Source: Eledone cirrhosa
Lineage: Eukaryota
Assembly (NCBI GenBank): GCA_964016885.1
Contig: OZ024761.1
Span: 9,982,001 to 10,046,000, forward strand
Length of the DNA stretch: 64,000 nucleotides
Direction of reading: 5' to 3'
Shown: positions 27,628 to 42,400 of the stretch, in pieces
Position numbering within the stretch: the stretch's first letter is position 1
Layout: every line of letters begins with the position of its first letter
The notes under the pieces: generated by a model
Databases searched by the model: none
What the model was told of the DNA's origin: nothing
What the model saw: only the letters and a program-made list of their open reading frames with translations
Program-made: the position numbers and the translations under genes

Positions 27628-30600
27628 CTTGGATTAGCTCGGAAAGGGCAGTAACCACATTTGAAAGCAGGGGGTTTGTGTGAGTAAGTATGGGAGTTGA
27701 AAGTAGTCCGATTGGTACTTCGGTACGAACAAATTGTACACGTGAATGTGTACTGCATAAGGTTCTCGTCAAACTCCCTCACACACATCTCCTCCATTCT
27801 GGTGTTTATAGTTATCAGTGAGTCGGGCATAGCTTTTCTTGTACTACTGCTACTGTTGCTATTGTTGCTGCCATTGTTATTGCTGCTGCTACTTGCTTGG
27901 CTTGGACGGTTCTTATCCTTGCTGCCTTTCACTAACGACATGATACTAGTGCCGCTCTTTGCATCACCCGACCAATAGTAGCTTCGCTGGCCACCGCCAC
28001 CTCTACTGCCATTGCTTCCACTACTTTCGTACGGGTCTTCATCTGTCCGCTTGGCGTCACGTTGACTGTGCTGGTACTTCAGCGGGTCGCTGGCTTTGAA
28101 TTTTGGCACATTTATGACGCTCGGTTTGGCAGCAGAAGAAGAAGAAATTGATGCAGAGCCGGCTAGCTCAGCTTTCGTAGCAGACTTTGACAAGTTCAAA
28201 GCCCCTGACTTACTCATCTTGAAGAATTTCGGCGATATCACAAGTGTTGGTTTCATGGTTTTATTGGTTTTCAAAGAGCTCTGGAGACTACTGGTTGATT
28301 TCTGCGATTTGGAAGACATCGATGCGTTTGGTTTGGCCGTTTTCAGTTCTGCAGATGAACTGCTGGATTTTGATAAATTTAAGACTTCTGAATTGTTTTG
28401 GTCATTGGTTGAGTCACCAGGTTTGGATAGTAACTGGTTAGAAGAGTCTGAAGTATAGGCAGAGAGAGCCTTCGAAGTGTTGGAGTTACTGATGGCCTTT
28501 TTTGCTTTTTTATTGCTACTGCTGTTGCTTTTGCTGTTGGATTCTGAATCCTTTGAAAGTGGTCTTTTCCGGAAGGCAACATCTTCTTTGGAACTTCGGA
28601 CAAAATTCACGGCCATTTCCTTCCATGTTCCGTCAGGTTCTTCTACCAGTACGGTGTATCCTGCTTTGGTGGCTTGACCACCGAAGCAGAGACGAGGGTG
28701 TTCAGTAGCCATGTGTGCCTCGATGCCATTGTCAAACCAGCTGGCAAACGAGCAGTGTTTGCAACGTTTCCGTTTCAACATCATGTGTTGCGACCAAATG
28801 TGGCATTTAACACACGTGCGGAGACGGCTTTTGTACGAACAGAACGGGCACTGCAGCACCCCTGCAGATACCTCAATGATTTTCCGGGCCATCGCTTTCA
28901 TTTCTTCATCCTTCGACGAAGGGTTCGACAGGTTCTGCAACTCTATATCTTCGGGCTGAGCCTCAAGGTGTTTCACTGAGCCTTCTGAGATTTGTTTCGT
29001 GTCGGTCCTAGGAATGTCTTTACCAGCATCACTACTGCTGCCACCGCTTGTCTGTTTACCGAAATCCAACACAATACTGCTTCCGGATCCGTTAGCACCA
29101 GAAGCCTTCAGCTCCGAAGAATGTTCCGTCTCAATGTGTTTCTGGACTTGCCACTCGACAAACCCTTTGGTGCTGCACACTGAGCATTTGTATACACCGT
29201 TGCTCAGTTTCACAACCGTCGGCCGATTCGGTTTCGTCAAGGAGGTCGGAATGGTGAGAGGTTCCGTAGCAAGACGGTAACAGTTGGGTGTCTCCGATGA
29301 CGGACCACTGATAATAAACGTCTGTTTGGTAAACGTACTAGCAGAAGTGTCCTTTGGAAGCAGATTCAGGATATTTCGAATGTCCTTGTTCCAGTCCTGA
29401 CTCTCAAACTTCGCTCCGGGTTTTTTGTTTTCGTGGAAGTGTAAGCAGTGCTGTATAATGTTCTGTTTCTTGATGCTCCGCAGCTCACAATAAGGACACG
29501 ACCATAGGTACAACTTTAAATGGCAGTCAAGAATGTGGTGATGAATCGTAGCTACGTGGTCGGTGGTAAACTGGCAACATTTACACCGGTTCCACTTGCG
29601 GTTCCGCGTGTACAGAACACTTAGTTTAGAATCTAGTGTCTGACTGCCGATTTCACAAGGAGGTAACGTCGAAGAAAAGTCAGTGTCAAGGGTTGATGCT
29701 GCCGATTTCTTCTCCGACGAAGATTTGGATTTTGTTGTGTTTTTCTGAAGACTTCCTTTCGCTGACGGAACTGTCAAGATTGGTGACTGGTTCACAGTTT
29801 TGGTAGGCCTCACCATGTTTTTAAATACTTTACAGACAAATGGCTTAACCGAGTCAGTCATGCTGCTCTCATAAGGCTGGTCTTTGAACAGGGGCACTTT
29901 CCAGTCGTTGGACGAATTGGAGCTCTTCAATTCGCATTGGAAGCATGACGAGAGGTTCCCGTGTTCACAACGCCTGCTGGAATTGTATTCCTGACGACTC
30001 GGATTCACAATCAGATCAAGCATTTCACTCTCGTTCTTGTTGGAGTTGAGAACCTCCTGGATGTGAGTAAAATGAAATTCCTTCTTGGGATGACGTTTCT
30101 TACAGGAACTCACCAGATATTCTTTCGACGTTGATTTGGCATTGCAGTGTACGCACTTCAAGAAATTCAGAAGCTGGCATTCTGGATGTTTCACTCGAAC
30201 ATGAGTCTTCAGCTGCTGGACATGTTTATAAGCGACTGGGCATAAATGGCAGCACGCCTTCGCGATGGCTTTGTTTACAAATGGTGTGTCTTCTGGAGAT
30301 TTTATTTGGCTGGTATTTTTCTGACCTGAAGAAGCCGTTTCTAGGTCAGCTATGCCTAGCTGCTGTTTGCTTTCTGATGACGATGATGATGATGTCAGAG
30401 ATGTTTTTGAAGATCCTTTACCGATATGCCTAGCGATATATTCCCCGAGGAAACTTGGATGATAGTTCCTTACGTGGTTCTCAAGAAGTGGAGATTGGCT
30501 GGTCGTGTATTTGCAAAGCTTACAGGAATATTGGTTCTTTGGAAGAATTGAGCTGTGGTTTTTGCTGTCAGTAATGGTACTGAATGTCTTTGAGAATGGA

Positions 30601-33600
30601 TACATGTCATCGGTCAGATGTAATGCTGAAAGTAACTCCTTCGGTTTTAATTTTGTCTCTAAGTATTCAATCTCGTTCTTGCTGGGGAACGGTGTCAACT
30701 GTAAGCTGTTTGCATGTTCTGCAAGCAATGCTTTGCTGTCAGCCATTCCACCAGCCTGTTTTTCTTGACATACAACCTGGCTGGTGACCACAATCTGTTT
30801 CGGTTTCCCAGGATGGGCCTCGGAGATGTGATTGAGCACAGCTCTCCTGTTCCGGTCTTTTACTGAGCAATGGGGGCACTGAATAAATTTGAGCAGGTTT
30901 GTCCGGAGGTGGTTTAGAAGTTCGGACAGTTCCACAAACACCTGTTTGCAATTCAGACAGCTGCACGTCTTTTCGTCTTTGTGGAAAATTTCGTTATGGT
31001 CTCGAAACTCGTGTATAAGATTCGTTCCAAACCGGCAGCCCGCGAAAGCACATTTGAAAAGCAGAAATATTTTGGAATTTGTGTGGGTTTGCATGTGTCG
31101 AAGTAGATTATCTTCACTTGGTGCCATGTGCCCACAATGAGCACATGGATAAGAAGAGGCATACTTATGAGCAGTCTCCAAGTGGGCTCTAAATTGAGTG
31201 GAGTTCATGCTAGCAAAACCACATCCATTAAAACCACACTTATAGAATGCTCCTTTAAGGTCTTTATCCATTCCTACCATAGCGTGGTTCTCTCCAGTCA
31301 CAGACAAATTCTTGGCATTGTTCACTGTCATGGACAAGGACAGTGAATCATTGGCAAAACGTGAAAAGCTGGAACCAGCGCTTGAGTCTTTATAAATATT
31401 AGAAGAACTAAGAGAAGACGGCGAGGTGATCTTTAGATCCAACGCCATGTCTTGATCGTCAGACAACTCCTTTTTCAAATCAAGGAGACTGCCATCAGAG
31501 CTACTGATATCACACAACATGTTGGTCAGAGCGGTGAACTCCTTCACTTCCTTTTTAATATTCATAATCTTTCGGTTGATATCCTCAAGTAAATATTCTT
31601 CATCCGGTTGTTCTGACTTAACTTTCACCAAACTGAAATCCACAGCAAAATCTTGGTTTTCTTTCTTGGAAACTTTGCAGGAGCGACCTTCATCAACCAT
31701 TTTCCCAGGTGAGGTACTATTCTCCATTTGATTTGTAACGGAAATGGATTTTAATTCTGGGATTTTTTCACAACCCTGGTCTGCTACAGAAGTCTTCAAG
31801 GCCTTCAATGAATGTGCTCCGGCCCTTAAGGGATTTTCAACAATTACAGTTTCTTTAAATTCCTGAATGTCTTTTTTTTTACAATTTGCGGAAGACTTAA
31901 CATCAACATCCTTATTGGCAGCACCTTCTGTTTGTTTCAAGTTTTTATCAGTGTCAGCTGCAACGTTTGAACTTGAATGGTTAGCTGTCTGATCTGACTT
32001 TGAAGAAGACGGACTGTTTTTGGCTTCTGCTCCAACAAGCAAAGGAAGGGAGATGGAGAGGTTTCTTACCTCCGAAGCCGGTTTAGAAATGGTTTCAAGT
32101 TTGAGGTCAGATTTTCGAATGCGGCACACAACAACTGTGTTCTTAATGCCGCTGTCATCGTCTGGTTCTGCCTCAGTTATACTGTTGGTGTCTGTTACTA
32201 CCTGAAGTATGTTCGCCACAACTTCACAACTCTCTCTGGTCAGCGTCGTACAACAGCAGTAACTACTTTCTGCGGAATGCGTGTGTGTCCACAGATGGAA
32301 GCGAAAAATTTCTTTGTCTTTTGATTTCTTTGAACACTGCAAACAAATGTATTCATTGCCTAAGAATGTCACTTCTAGGTCTTTACAGAAGGCTCGGTGT
32401 TTGTCGGAGGGTTGCTTTGGCGACTGTGACTGTGATAGGTCCGTAGTATTACTGACCGAGAATGGTTCTGAGTTGGATTTTGAAGTTTGACTCGCTGGGT
32501 CAGCTGGATGAGTTTGACGGTGTTTCGATACTTGGGTCCCAGGATGTTTTGGTGGTGACTGGTTCACCTCTGGACACTGAAAATTCAATTTTTGATCGTT
32601 ACTAGCTTTGATCTCCTGAATCAACAATGACATGTACTTAGGGAGGTGGTGTTGTCCCTTGTGACGAAGATGGACATGTTGCTGCCACTGGCTGGGAGAT
32701 TTAAACTCACTCGTGCATTCGTCACACTTGAAAGCATAATTTTCCATGTGGCTGAACAGATGGTCCTCAAAAGCCGATTGCTTGCCCGAGAAGGAGCAAT
32801 GGCTGCAGCTATACAAACCGTTATCGTAACTAAGAATTGTTTCTACTAAACTTGATTTACCTGAGCTTAACACAGAACTGCTGGAGGCTGTGTTCGGGGC
32901 TGGTGGTGGCTGTAGTGGTGGAGAGGAGGAAGATGTGGCTATGAGTGGTGGTGTGAGAGTCAAAGATGGCGAGGATGATGATGGTGATGGTGACGATGAT
33001 AATGATAATGAAGAGGATGACGAAGAAGAAGAGGAAGAGGAGGAGGAAGAAACAAGGCTGTTGATGGCTGGTGTCCGCAGGGCTAATAATGGTGATGCAG
33101 TGATGGAACGACTGTCCGATTTACCACCACTGGTCGAGTCTGAGGACATCTTTGGACATTTTGCGAGGGTAGTGGGAGTGTTCGTCGTCGTGGTTATGGC
33201 ATCTAACTTGGCACTGATATTAACAGAGAAATTCTTTGTCGCTTTTTCAATAACTGACAAAAGTGGTTCGCAGAACTTCCTCTTGCGTTCGCCATTACTG
33301 GTGAACTTTTTTGTCGCATCTGCTACTGTTTCTGGTTTAGTTGAGCTGCTGGTGTTAGCGTCTGCCAATTTACTAGACCCTTCCGTACTAGTGGAATCGT
33401 TAATGTCTGCAGTTACCTCCATGCTCTTTGACTTCTTTTCTTCCATCGTGCTTTTACGTTCTTGAGACTTTGAAAAATCTAATGGACTGCTTTGTTCCTT
33501 GTCGACAATGGTGACAGAGTTTTTATTAATGGTTGAAGAGATCGGCACATGCATGGAACTGGTCCCTCCCTCTTCCATTGTTAACACCAATGCCTCTTGC

Positions 33601-35117
33601 ATAGCAGAATCTAGATCATTCTGCTCCACCCTCTCCATTATATTTACAGCTTCCTCATCTACATTTTCCTTAAAAGCTAATTCTATTTGTGGACTGTTGT
33701 TGTTGTTGTGGTTGTTGCGTGAAGGTTTTGAAGTGATTGCATTGAAAAGTTTAGCCTCAAAGTGGTCTTTGTTAAGATGTTTTGAAAACGTTTCTTCTAT
33801 GGCGTCAGTAATTCTTGCACAACTGTCGTCTTCTAAATCTTCTTCACTTTTTTCTGAGCTGTCTGTGTCTCCTTTTGAGTTTGAGATGATTTCGTTGTTT
33901 CTAAACTGTTTTGGTGTGCTACCCCTCGAACTGTTGTCACTTACTGTTTCGCTAATGTTGTCACTTTGATGGATGCTTGACTGGAATTCATCAGTGCCAC
34001 CAATATTCTTCTTGGGACTGCTCTCATCCATTGTCACCTCTTCATTTGAGTGAGTGTTTTTCCCATAGTCCGTACAGCTTGTCGGGCTACTGAGCAGGAG
34101 CTCCGCCACGCTGCTCTTCAGCTTCTTGCGTTGGTTCTCTGCATCCCGACGACCTACATACAGCAGGTCTTCCTTATGTAGAAGCTCAGCAGTTAGTGTT
34201 GAGGAGGCGGGAAGAACCAATGACTCATTCTCGTCTTCCTCGGTGGAACCTTTACATCTTCCCACAACGACTGGTCTGTCAGTGGACAACGAGCTAGACA
34301 CGGTATGGCAGTCTTTATCGTCATCGTCTTCAACAGTGGACGACACGGCACAGATGCTGGTTTCAGGCGATGTAGCAGTAAAGGCCCGTGTGTCAACAAA
34401 ACCCCCACCACCGCCTTCATCATCATCTTCTTCTTCTTCTGATGATGATGATGATGAACTCTCTCCATCTGCTATTTCTGTTGTTGTTATTGTAGTTGCA
34501 ACTGTTTCTGCTGTTTTGGGTGTTGTTGGTGATGGTGGTGGTGATGGTGATTGTGGTGGTGGTGGTGGTGGTGTTGTTGATATTGTGGTTGTTGTGTTGT
34601 TGTTGTTCTTGATGCTAGTGCTGTGGTTGTTATTGTTGTTCTTGCTAATGCTGGAGAAGATGTCATCATCGGTGGAGGTTGTAGGCGTGGTTTTCTTGTC
34701 GATGTTGTTGCAGTGTAAATGCAAAATTGTATTATTATGCACCGTTTCTGTGTCATGCTTCTGCTGTCGTTCTTGCTCTTCGTCTTCGTCTTCTTCTTCT
34801 TCTTGGTGCAGCTGAGGACTCTGAACGCTGTCGCACTCAACGACTAAAGACTGTGTGCAGTCAGAGCTGCCCACAAAGTCGACGTTGTCCCGCGTGAGCA
34901 AACGATCGGACGAGTCATCAGAACTGCCACTGAACCCCACTGACGAAGGGGACCATGTCTTGTTGAAGCTACCGCAGAGCGGGGACAATGGGGAAGAAGG
35001 GATGTCCAGTTTTTCTTGGCTCTTTCTATCATTTTCTTCGTTCGAGTTGACCTTGCCCGCAGTTGGACAATGGTCGTCAAAGTGATTGTCACAGTTTTCG
35101 GTCTCACATTCTGCCAT
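27628..35117 (-). CDS. Large coding exon of a multi-C2H2 zinc-finger protein (~2,496 codons here; continues in a downstream exon not identified)
   Basis: 7.5-kb uninterrupted ORF with about 18 dispersed C-x2/4-C-x12-H-x3/4-H motifs (e.g. FKCDECTSEFKSPSQWQQHVHLRH, YPCAHCGHMAPSEDNLLRHMQTH, FTCTICSYRSTNRTTFNSHTYSH) and Ser/acidic-rich linkers. First in-frame ATG at 35117 is in strong Kozak context (AAAACATGG), with an in-frame TGA upstream. The apparent stop lies inside a splice donor (CCAAG|GTAAG) midway through a finger (CGYCPFRANPR). Confidence 0.93.
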
Positions 35118-35236
35118 GTTTTTCGTTACCCACAATGCTGTGCGTGAGAGAACATCTCTTACGCAGCCAGTGACATTCAACTCACAATAGTTCCATAGTC
35201 ACCAAAATGGTATTTCCAAAACAATTTTTTTGGCAC

Positions 35237-35275
35237 CTGAAGAAGACAAAGAAGAAGAAAAAGAAGATTAATGAG
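35237..35275 (-). other. Splice acceptor (branch-like TTAAT, polypyrimidine tract, CAG|G) of the zinc-finger exon; exon spans 35236-27628
   Basis: Minus strand reads ctcattaatcttctttttcttcttctttgtcttcttcag|GTGCC. Confidence 0.8.
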
Positions 35276-35377
35276 AGAAGAAAATCTAAAATGGTGGAGA
35301 ATAAGTTTCATGCCTTAGGCAACAACAACAATAACAAACATAACAAAAACAATGGATTTAACATTAACAATAATAAA

Positions 35378-36272
35378 GTACTTTTGTGTACTAGGTGGTA
35401 CTTGTGTGTACTAGGTGGTACTTGTGTGTACTAGGTGGTACTTGTGTGTACTAGGCGGTACTTGTGTGTACTAGGTGGTACTTGTGTGTACTAGGTGGTA
35501 CTTGTGTGTACTAGGTGGTACTTGTGTGTACTAGGTGGTACTTGTGTGTACTAGGTGGTACTTGTGTGTGCTAGGTGGTACTTGTGTGTACTAGGTGGTA
35601 CTTGTGTGTGCTAGGTGGTACTTGTGTGTACTAGGTGGTACTTGTGTGTGCTAGGTGGTACTTGTGTGTACTAGGTGGTACTTGTGTGTACTAGGTGGTA
35701 CTTGTGTGTACTAGGTGGTACTTGTGTGTGCTAGGTGGTACTTGTGTGTGCTAGGTGGTACTTGTGTGTACTAGGTGGTACTTGTGTGTGCTAGGTGGTA
35801 CTTGTGTGTGCTAGGTGGTACTTGTGTGTGCTAGGTGGTACTTGTGTGTACTAGGTGGTACTTGTGTGTGCTAGGTGGTACTTGTGTGTACTAGGTGGTA
35901 CTTGTGTGTGCTAGGTGGTACTTGTGTGTGCTAGGTGGTACTTGTGTGTGCTAGGTGGTACTTGTGTGTGCTAGGTGGTACTTGTGTGTACTAGGTGGTA
36001 CTTGTGTGTGCTAGGTGGTACTTGTGTGTGCTAGGTGGTACTTGTGTGTGCTAGGTGGTACTTGTGTGTGCTAGGTGGTACTTGTGTGTACTAGGTGGTA
36101 CTTGTGTGTGCTAGGTGGTACTTGTGTGTACTAGGTGGTACTTGTGTGTGCTAGGTGGTACTTGTGTGTACTAGGTGGTACTTGTGTGTGCTAGGCGGTA
36201 CTTGTGTGTACTAGGTGGTACTTGTGTGTGCTAGGTAGTACTTGTGTGTACTAGGTGGTACTTGTGTGTACT
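35378..36272. repeat. 20-bp minisatellite (~45 copies)
   Basis: Unit ctaggtggtacttgtgtgtR; degenerate copies continue to ~36425. Confidence 0.95.
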
Positions 36273-36487
36273 CAGTGGTTCTGGTCTGTGTTCAGCATTA
36301 CTCATGCATACTTGGTAGTAGACAGGTATACTCAATAGGACTCATGCATACTCTGTGGTACTTGTATGTAATTGGTGGTACTCGCACGCACTCAGTGGTA
36401 TTTGCATGTACTCTTTGGTACTCATACATACTTCCACCTGGCTTAGAAAAACAGCAGAGGGCAGAATACTGTGGAATTTTTAAGATA

Positions 36488-39400
36488 CAGACAGACCAGC
36501 TGAGAGGTGTATATAATATATAGACTGACCAGCTGAGAGGGGTATATATTATATAGACAGACCAGCTGAGAGGGGTATATAATATATAGACTGACCAGCT
36601 GAGAGGTGTATATAATATATAGACTGACCAGCTGAGAGGGGTATATAATATATAGACAGACCAGCTGAGAGGGGTATATAATATATAGACAGACCAGCTG
36701 AGAGGGGTATATAATATATAGACAGACCAGCTGAGAGAGGTATATAATATATAGACAGACCAGCTGAGAGGTGTATATAATATATAGACTGACCAGCTGA
36801 GAGGTGTATATAATATATAGACTGACCAGCTGAGAGGGGTATATAGTATATATAGAGACTAGCTGAGAGGGGTATATAATATATAGACAGACCAGCTGAG
36901 AGGAGTATATAGTATATATAGAGACTAGCTGAGAGGTGTATATAATATATAGACTGACCAGCTGAGAGGTGTATATAATATATAGACAGACCAGCTGAGA
37001 GGGGTATATAATATATAGACAGACCAGCTGAGAGGGGTATATAATATATAGACAGACTAGCTGAGAGGGATATATAATATATAGACAGACCAGCTGAGAG
37101 GTGTATATAATATATAGACAGACCAGCTGAGAGGGGTATATAATATATAGACAGACCAGCTGAGAGGCGTATATAATATATAGACAGACTAGCTGAGAGG
37201 GGTGTATAATATATAGACAGACCAGCTGAGAGGGGTATATAGTATATAGACTGACTAGCTGAGAGGTGTATATAATATATAGACTGACCAGCTGAGAGGG
37301 GTATATAATATATAGACAGACCAGCTGAGAGGGGTATATAATATATAGACAGACCAGCTGAGAGGGGTATATAATATATAGAGACTAGCTGAGAGGGGTC
37401 TATAATATATAGACAGACCAGCTGAGAGGGGTATATAGTATATAGACTGACTAGCTGAGAGGTGTATATAATATATAGACTGACCAGCTGAGAGGGGTAT
37501 ATAATATATAGACAGACCAGCTGAGAGGGGTATATAGTATATATAGAGACCAGCTGAGAGGGGTATATAGTATATAGACTGACTAGCTGAGAGGGGTATA
37601 AAATATATAGACTGACTAGCTGAGAGGGGTACATAGTATATAGACAGACCAGCTGAGAGGGGTATATAATATATAGAGGGACCAGCTGAGAGGGGTATAT
37701 AATATATAGGCAGACCAGCTGAGAGGGGTATATAGTATATATAGAGACTAGCTGAGAGGGGTATATAATATATAGACTGACTAGCTGAGAGGGGTACATA
37801 GTATATAGACAGACCAGCTGAGAGGGGTATATAATATATAGAGGGACCAGCTGAGAGGGGTATATAATATATAGGCAGACCAGCTGAGAGGGGTATATAG
37901 TATATATAGAGACTAGCTAAGAGGGGTATATAATATATAGACAGACCAGCTGAGAGGAGTATATAATATATAGACAGACTAGTTGAGAGGGGTATATAAT
38001 ATATAGAGAGACCAGCTGAGAGGTGTATATAATATATAGACAGACCAGCTGAGAGGGGTATGTAATATATAGACAGACCAGCTGACAAGAGTATATAATA
38101 TATAGAGAGACCAGCTGAGAGGAGTATATAATATATAGAGAGACTAGCTGAGAGGTGTATATAATATATAGACAGACCAGCTGAGAGGGGTATGTAATAT
38201 ATAGACAGACCAGCTGAGAGGTGTATATAATATATAGACAGAGCAGCTGAGAGGAGTATATAATATATAGACAGACCAGCTGAGAGGAGTATATAATATA
38301 TAGAGAGACCAGCTCAGAGGGGTATATAATGTATAGACAGACTAGCTGAGAGGTGTATATAATATATAGACAGACTAGCTGAGAGGAGTATATAATATAT
38401 AGAGAGACCAGCTGAGAGGTGTATATAATAGATAGAGAGACCAGCTGAGAGGGGTATATAATATATAGACAGACCAGCTGAGAGGAGTATATAATATATA
38501 GAGAGACCAGCTGAGAGGGGTATATAATATATAAAGAGACCAGCTGAGAGGGGTATATAATATATAGACAGACTAGCTGAGAGGTGTATATAATATATAG
38601 AGAGACCAGCTGAGAGGAGTATATAATATATAGACAGACCAGCTGAGAGGAGTATATAATATATAGAGAGACCAGCTGAGAGGGGTATATAATATATAGA
38701 CAGACTAGCTGAGAGGTGTATATAATATATAGACAGACCAGCTGAGAGGAGTATATAATATATAGAGAGACCAGCTGAGAGGGGTATATAATATATAGAC
38801 AGACTAGCTGAGAGGTGTATATAATATATAGACAGACTAGCTGAGAGGAGTATATAATATATAGACAGAGTAGTTGAGAGGAGTATATAATATATAGACA
38901 GACCAACTGAGAGGGGTATATAATATATAGGCAGACCAGCTGAGAGGGGTATATAATATAGAGACAGACCAGCTGAGAGGGGTATATAATATATAGACAG
39001 ACCAGCTGAGAGGGGTATATAATATATCGACAGACCAGCTGAGAGGTGTATATAATATATAGACAGACTAGCTGAGAGGGGTATATAATATATAGACAGA
39101 CCAGCTGAGATGTGTATATAATATATAGACAGACCAGCTGAGAGGGGTATATAATATATAGACAGACCAGCTGAGAGGAGTATATAATATATCGACAGAC
39201 CAGCTGAGAGGTGTATATAATATATAGACAGACCAGTTCAGAGGAGTATATAATATATAGACAGACCAGCTGAGAGGTGTATATAATATATAGACTGACC
39301 AGCTGAGAGGGGTATATAATATATAGACAGACCAGCTGAGAGGGGTATATAATATATAGACAGACCAGCTGAGAGGAGTATATAATATATAGACAGACTA

Positions 39401-42400
39401 GCTGAGAGGAGTATATAATATATAGACAGACTAGCTGAGAGGTGTATATAATATATAGAGAGACCAGCTGAGAGGAGTATATAATATATAGACAGACCAG
39501 CTGAGAGGTGTATATAATACATAGACAGACCGGCTGAGAGGGGTATATAATATATAGACAGACCAGCTGAGAGGAGTATATAATATATAGACAGACCAGC
39601 TGAGAGGTGTATATAATAAATAGACAGACCGGCTGAGAGGGGTATATAATATATAGACAGACTAGCTGAGGTGTATATAATATATCAAGAGACTAGCTGA
39701 GAGGTGTATATAATATATAGAGAGACTAGCTGAGAGGTGTATATAATATATAGAGAGACTAGCTGAGAGGTGTATATAATATATAGACAGACCAGCTGAG
39801 AGGTGTATATAATATATAGACAGACCAGCTGAGAGGTGTATATAATATATAGAGACACCAGCTGAGAGGGATATATAATATATAGAGAGACTAGCTGAGA
39901 GGAGTATATAATATATAGACAGACCAACTGAGAGGTGTATATAATATATAGACAGACCAGCTGAGAGGGGTATATAATATATAGACAGACTAGCTGAGGT
40001 GTATATAATATATAGACAGACCAGCTGAGAGGTGTATGTAGTATATAGAGAGACCAGCTGAGAGGTGTATATAATATATAGAGAGACTAGCTGAGAGGGG
40101 TATATAATATATAGAGAGACCAGCTGAGAGATGTATATAATATATAGAAAGACCAGCTGAGAGGTGTATATAATATATAGAGAGACTAGCTGAGAGGGGT
40201 ATATAATATATAGACAGACCAGCTGAGAGGGGTATATAATATATAGAAAGACCAGCTGAGAGGGGTATATAATATATAGACAGACCAGCTGAGAGAGGTA
40301 TATAATATATAGAGAGACCAGCTGAGAGGGGTATATAATATATAGACAGACTAGCTGAGAGTGGTATATAATATATAGAGAGACCAGCTGAGAGGAGTAT
40401 ATAATATATAGAGACCAGCTGAGAGGTGTATATAATATATAGAGAGACCAGCTGAGAGGTGTATATAATATATAGAGACCAGCTGAGAGGTGTATATAAT
40501 ATATAGAGAGACCAGCTGAGAGGTGTATATAATATATAGACAGACCAGCTGAGAGGGGTATATAATATATAGACAGACCATCTGAGAGGGGTATATAATA
40601 TATAGAGAGACCAGCTGAGAGGGGTATATAATATATAGACAGACTAGCTGAGAGTGGTATATAATATATAGACAGACCAGCTGAGAGGGGTATATAATAT
40701 ATAGAGAGACCAGCTGAGAGGGGTATATAATATATAGACAGACTAGCTGAGAGGGGTATATAATATATAGACAGACTAGCTGAGAGGTGTATATAATATA
40801 TAGACAGACTAGCTGAGAGGAGTATATAATATATAGAGAGACCAGCTGAGAGGTGTATATAATATATAGACAGACCAGCTGAGAGGGGTATATAATATAG
40901 AGACAGACCAGCTGAGAAGAGTATATAATATATAGACAGACTAGCTGAGAGGTGTATATAATATATAGACAGACCAGCTGAGAGGTGCATATAATATATA
41001 GACAGACCAGCTCAGAGGTGTATGTAATATATAGACAGACCAGCTGAGAGGTGTATATAATATATAGACAGACCAGCTGAGAGGAGTATATAATATATAG
41101 AGAGACCAGCTGAGAGGTGTATATAATATATAGATAGACCAGCTGAGAGGGGTATATAATATATAGACAGACCAGCTGAGAGGTGTATATAATATATAGA
41201 GAGACCAGCTGAGAGGTGTATATAATATATAGACAGACCAGCTGAGAGGGGTATATAATATATAGAGAGACTAGCTGAGAGGAGTATATAATATATAGAC
41301 AGACCAGCTGAGAGGGGTATATAATATATAGACAGACCAGCTGAGAGGGGTATATAATATATAGAGAGACCAGCTGAGAGGGGTATATAATATATAGACA
41401 GACCAGCTGAGAAGTCTATATAATATATAGAGAGACCAGCTGAGAGGGGTATATAATATATAGACAGACTAGCTGAGAGGGGTATATAATATATAGACAG
41501 ACCAGCTGAGAGGAGTATATAATATATAGACAGACTAGCTGAGAGGTGTATATAATATATAGACAGACCAGCTGAGAGGGGTATATAATATATAGACAGA
41601 CCAGCTGACAGGGCTATATAATATATAGACAGACCAGCTGAGAGGTGTATATAGTATATAGACAGACCAGCTGAGAGGGGTATATAATATATAGACAGAC
41701 CAGCTGAGAGGTGTATATAATATATAGACAGACCAGCTGAGAGGTGTATATAGTATATAGACAGACCAGCTGAGGGGTATATAATATATAGACAGACCAG
41801 CTGAGAGGTGTATATAATATATAGAGAGACCAGCTGAGAGGTGTATATAATATATAGAGAGACTAGCTGAGAGGTGTATATAATATATAGACAGATTAGC
41901 TGAGAGGTGTATATAATATATAGACAGACCAGCTGAGAGGTGTATATAATATATAGAGACCAGCTGAGAGGGATATATAATATATAGATAGACCAGCTGA
42001 GAGGGGTATATAGTATATAGAGAGACCAACTGAGAGGTGTATATAATATATAGACAGACCAGCTGAGAGGTGTATATAATATATAGAGAGACCAGCTGAG
42101 AGGTGTATATAATATATAGAGAGACTAGCTGAGAGGTGTATATAATATATAGACAGATTAGCTGAGAGGTGTATATAATATATAGACAGACCAGCTGAGA
42201 GGTGTATATAATATATAGACAGACCAGCTGAGAGGAGTATATGATATATAGAGAGACCAGCTGAGAGGAGTATATAATATATAGAGAGACCAGCTGAGAG
42301 GTGTATATAATATATAGAGAGACCAACTGAGACGTGTATATAATATATAGACAGACCAGCTGAGAGGGGTATATAATATATAGACAGACCAGCTGAGAGG

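Noticed and set aside
27697-35085. Many plus-strand ORFs overlapping the zinc-finger exon
   Set aside because: Antisense shadows of a long coding exon.
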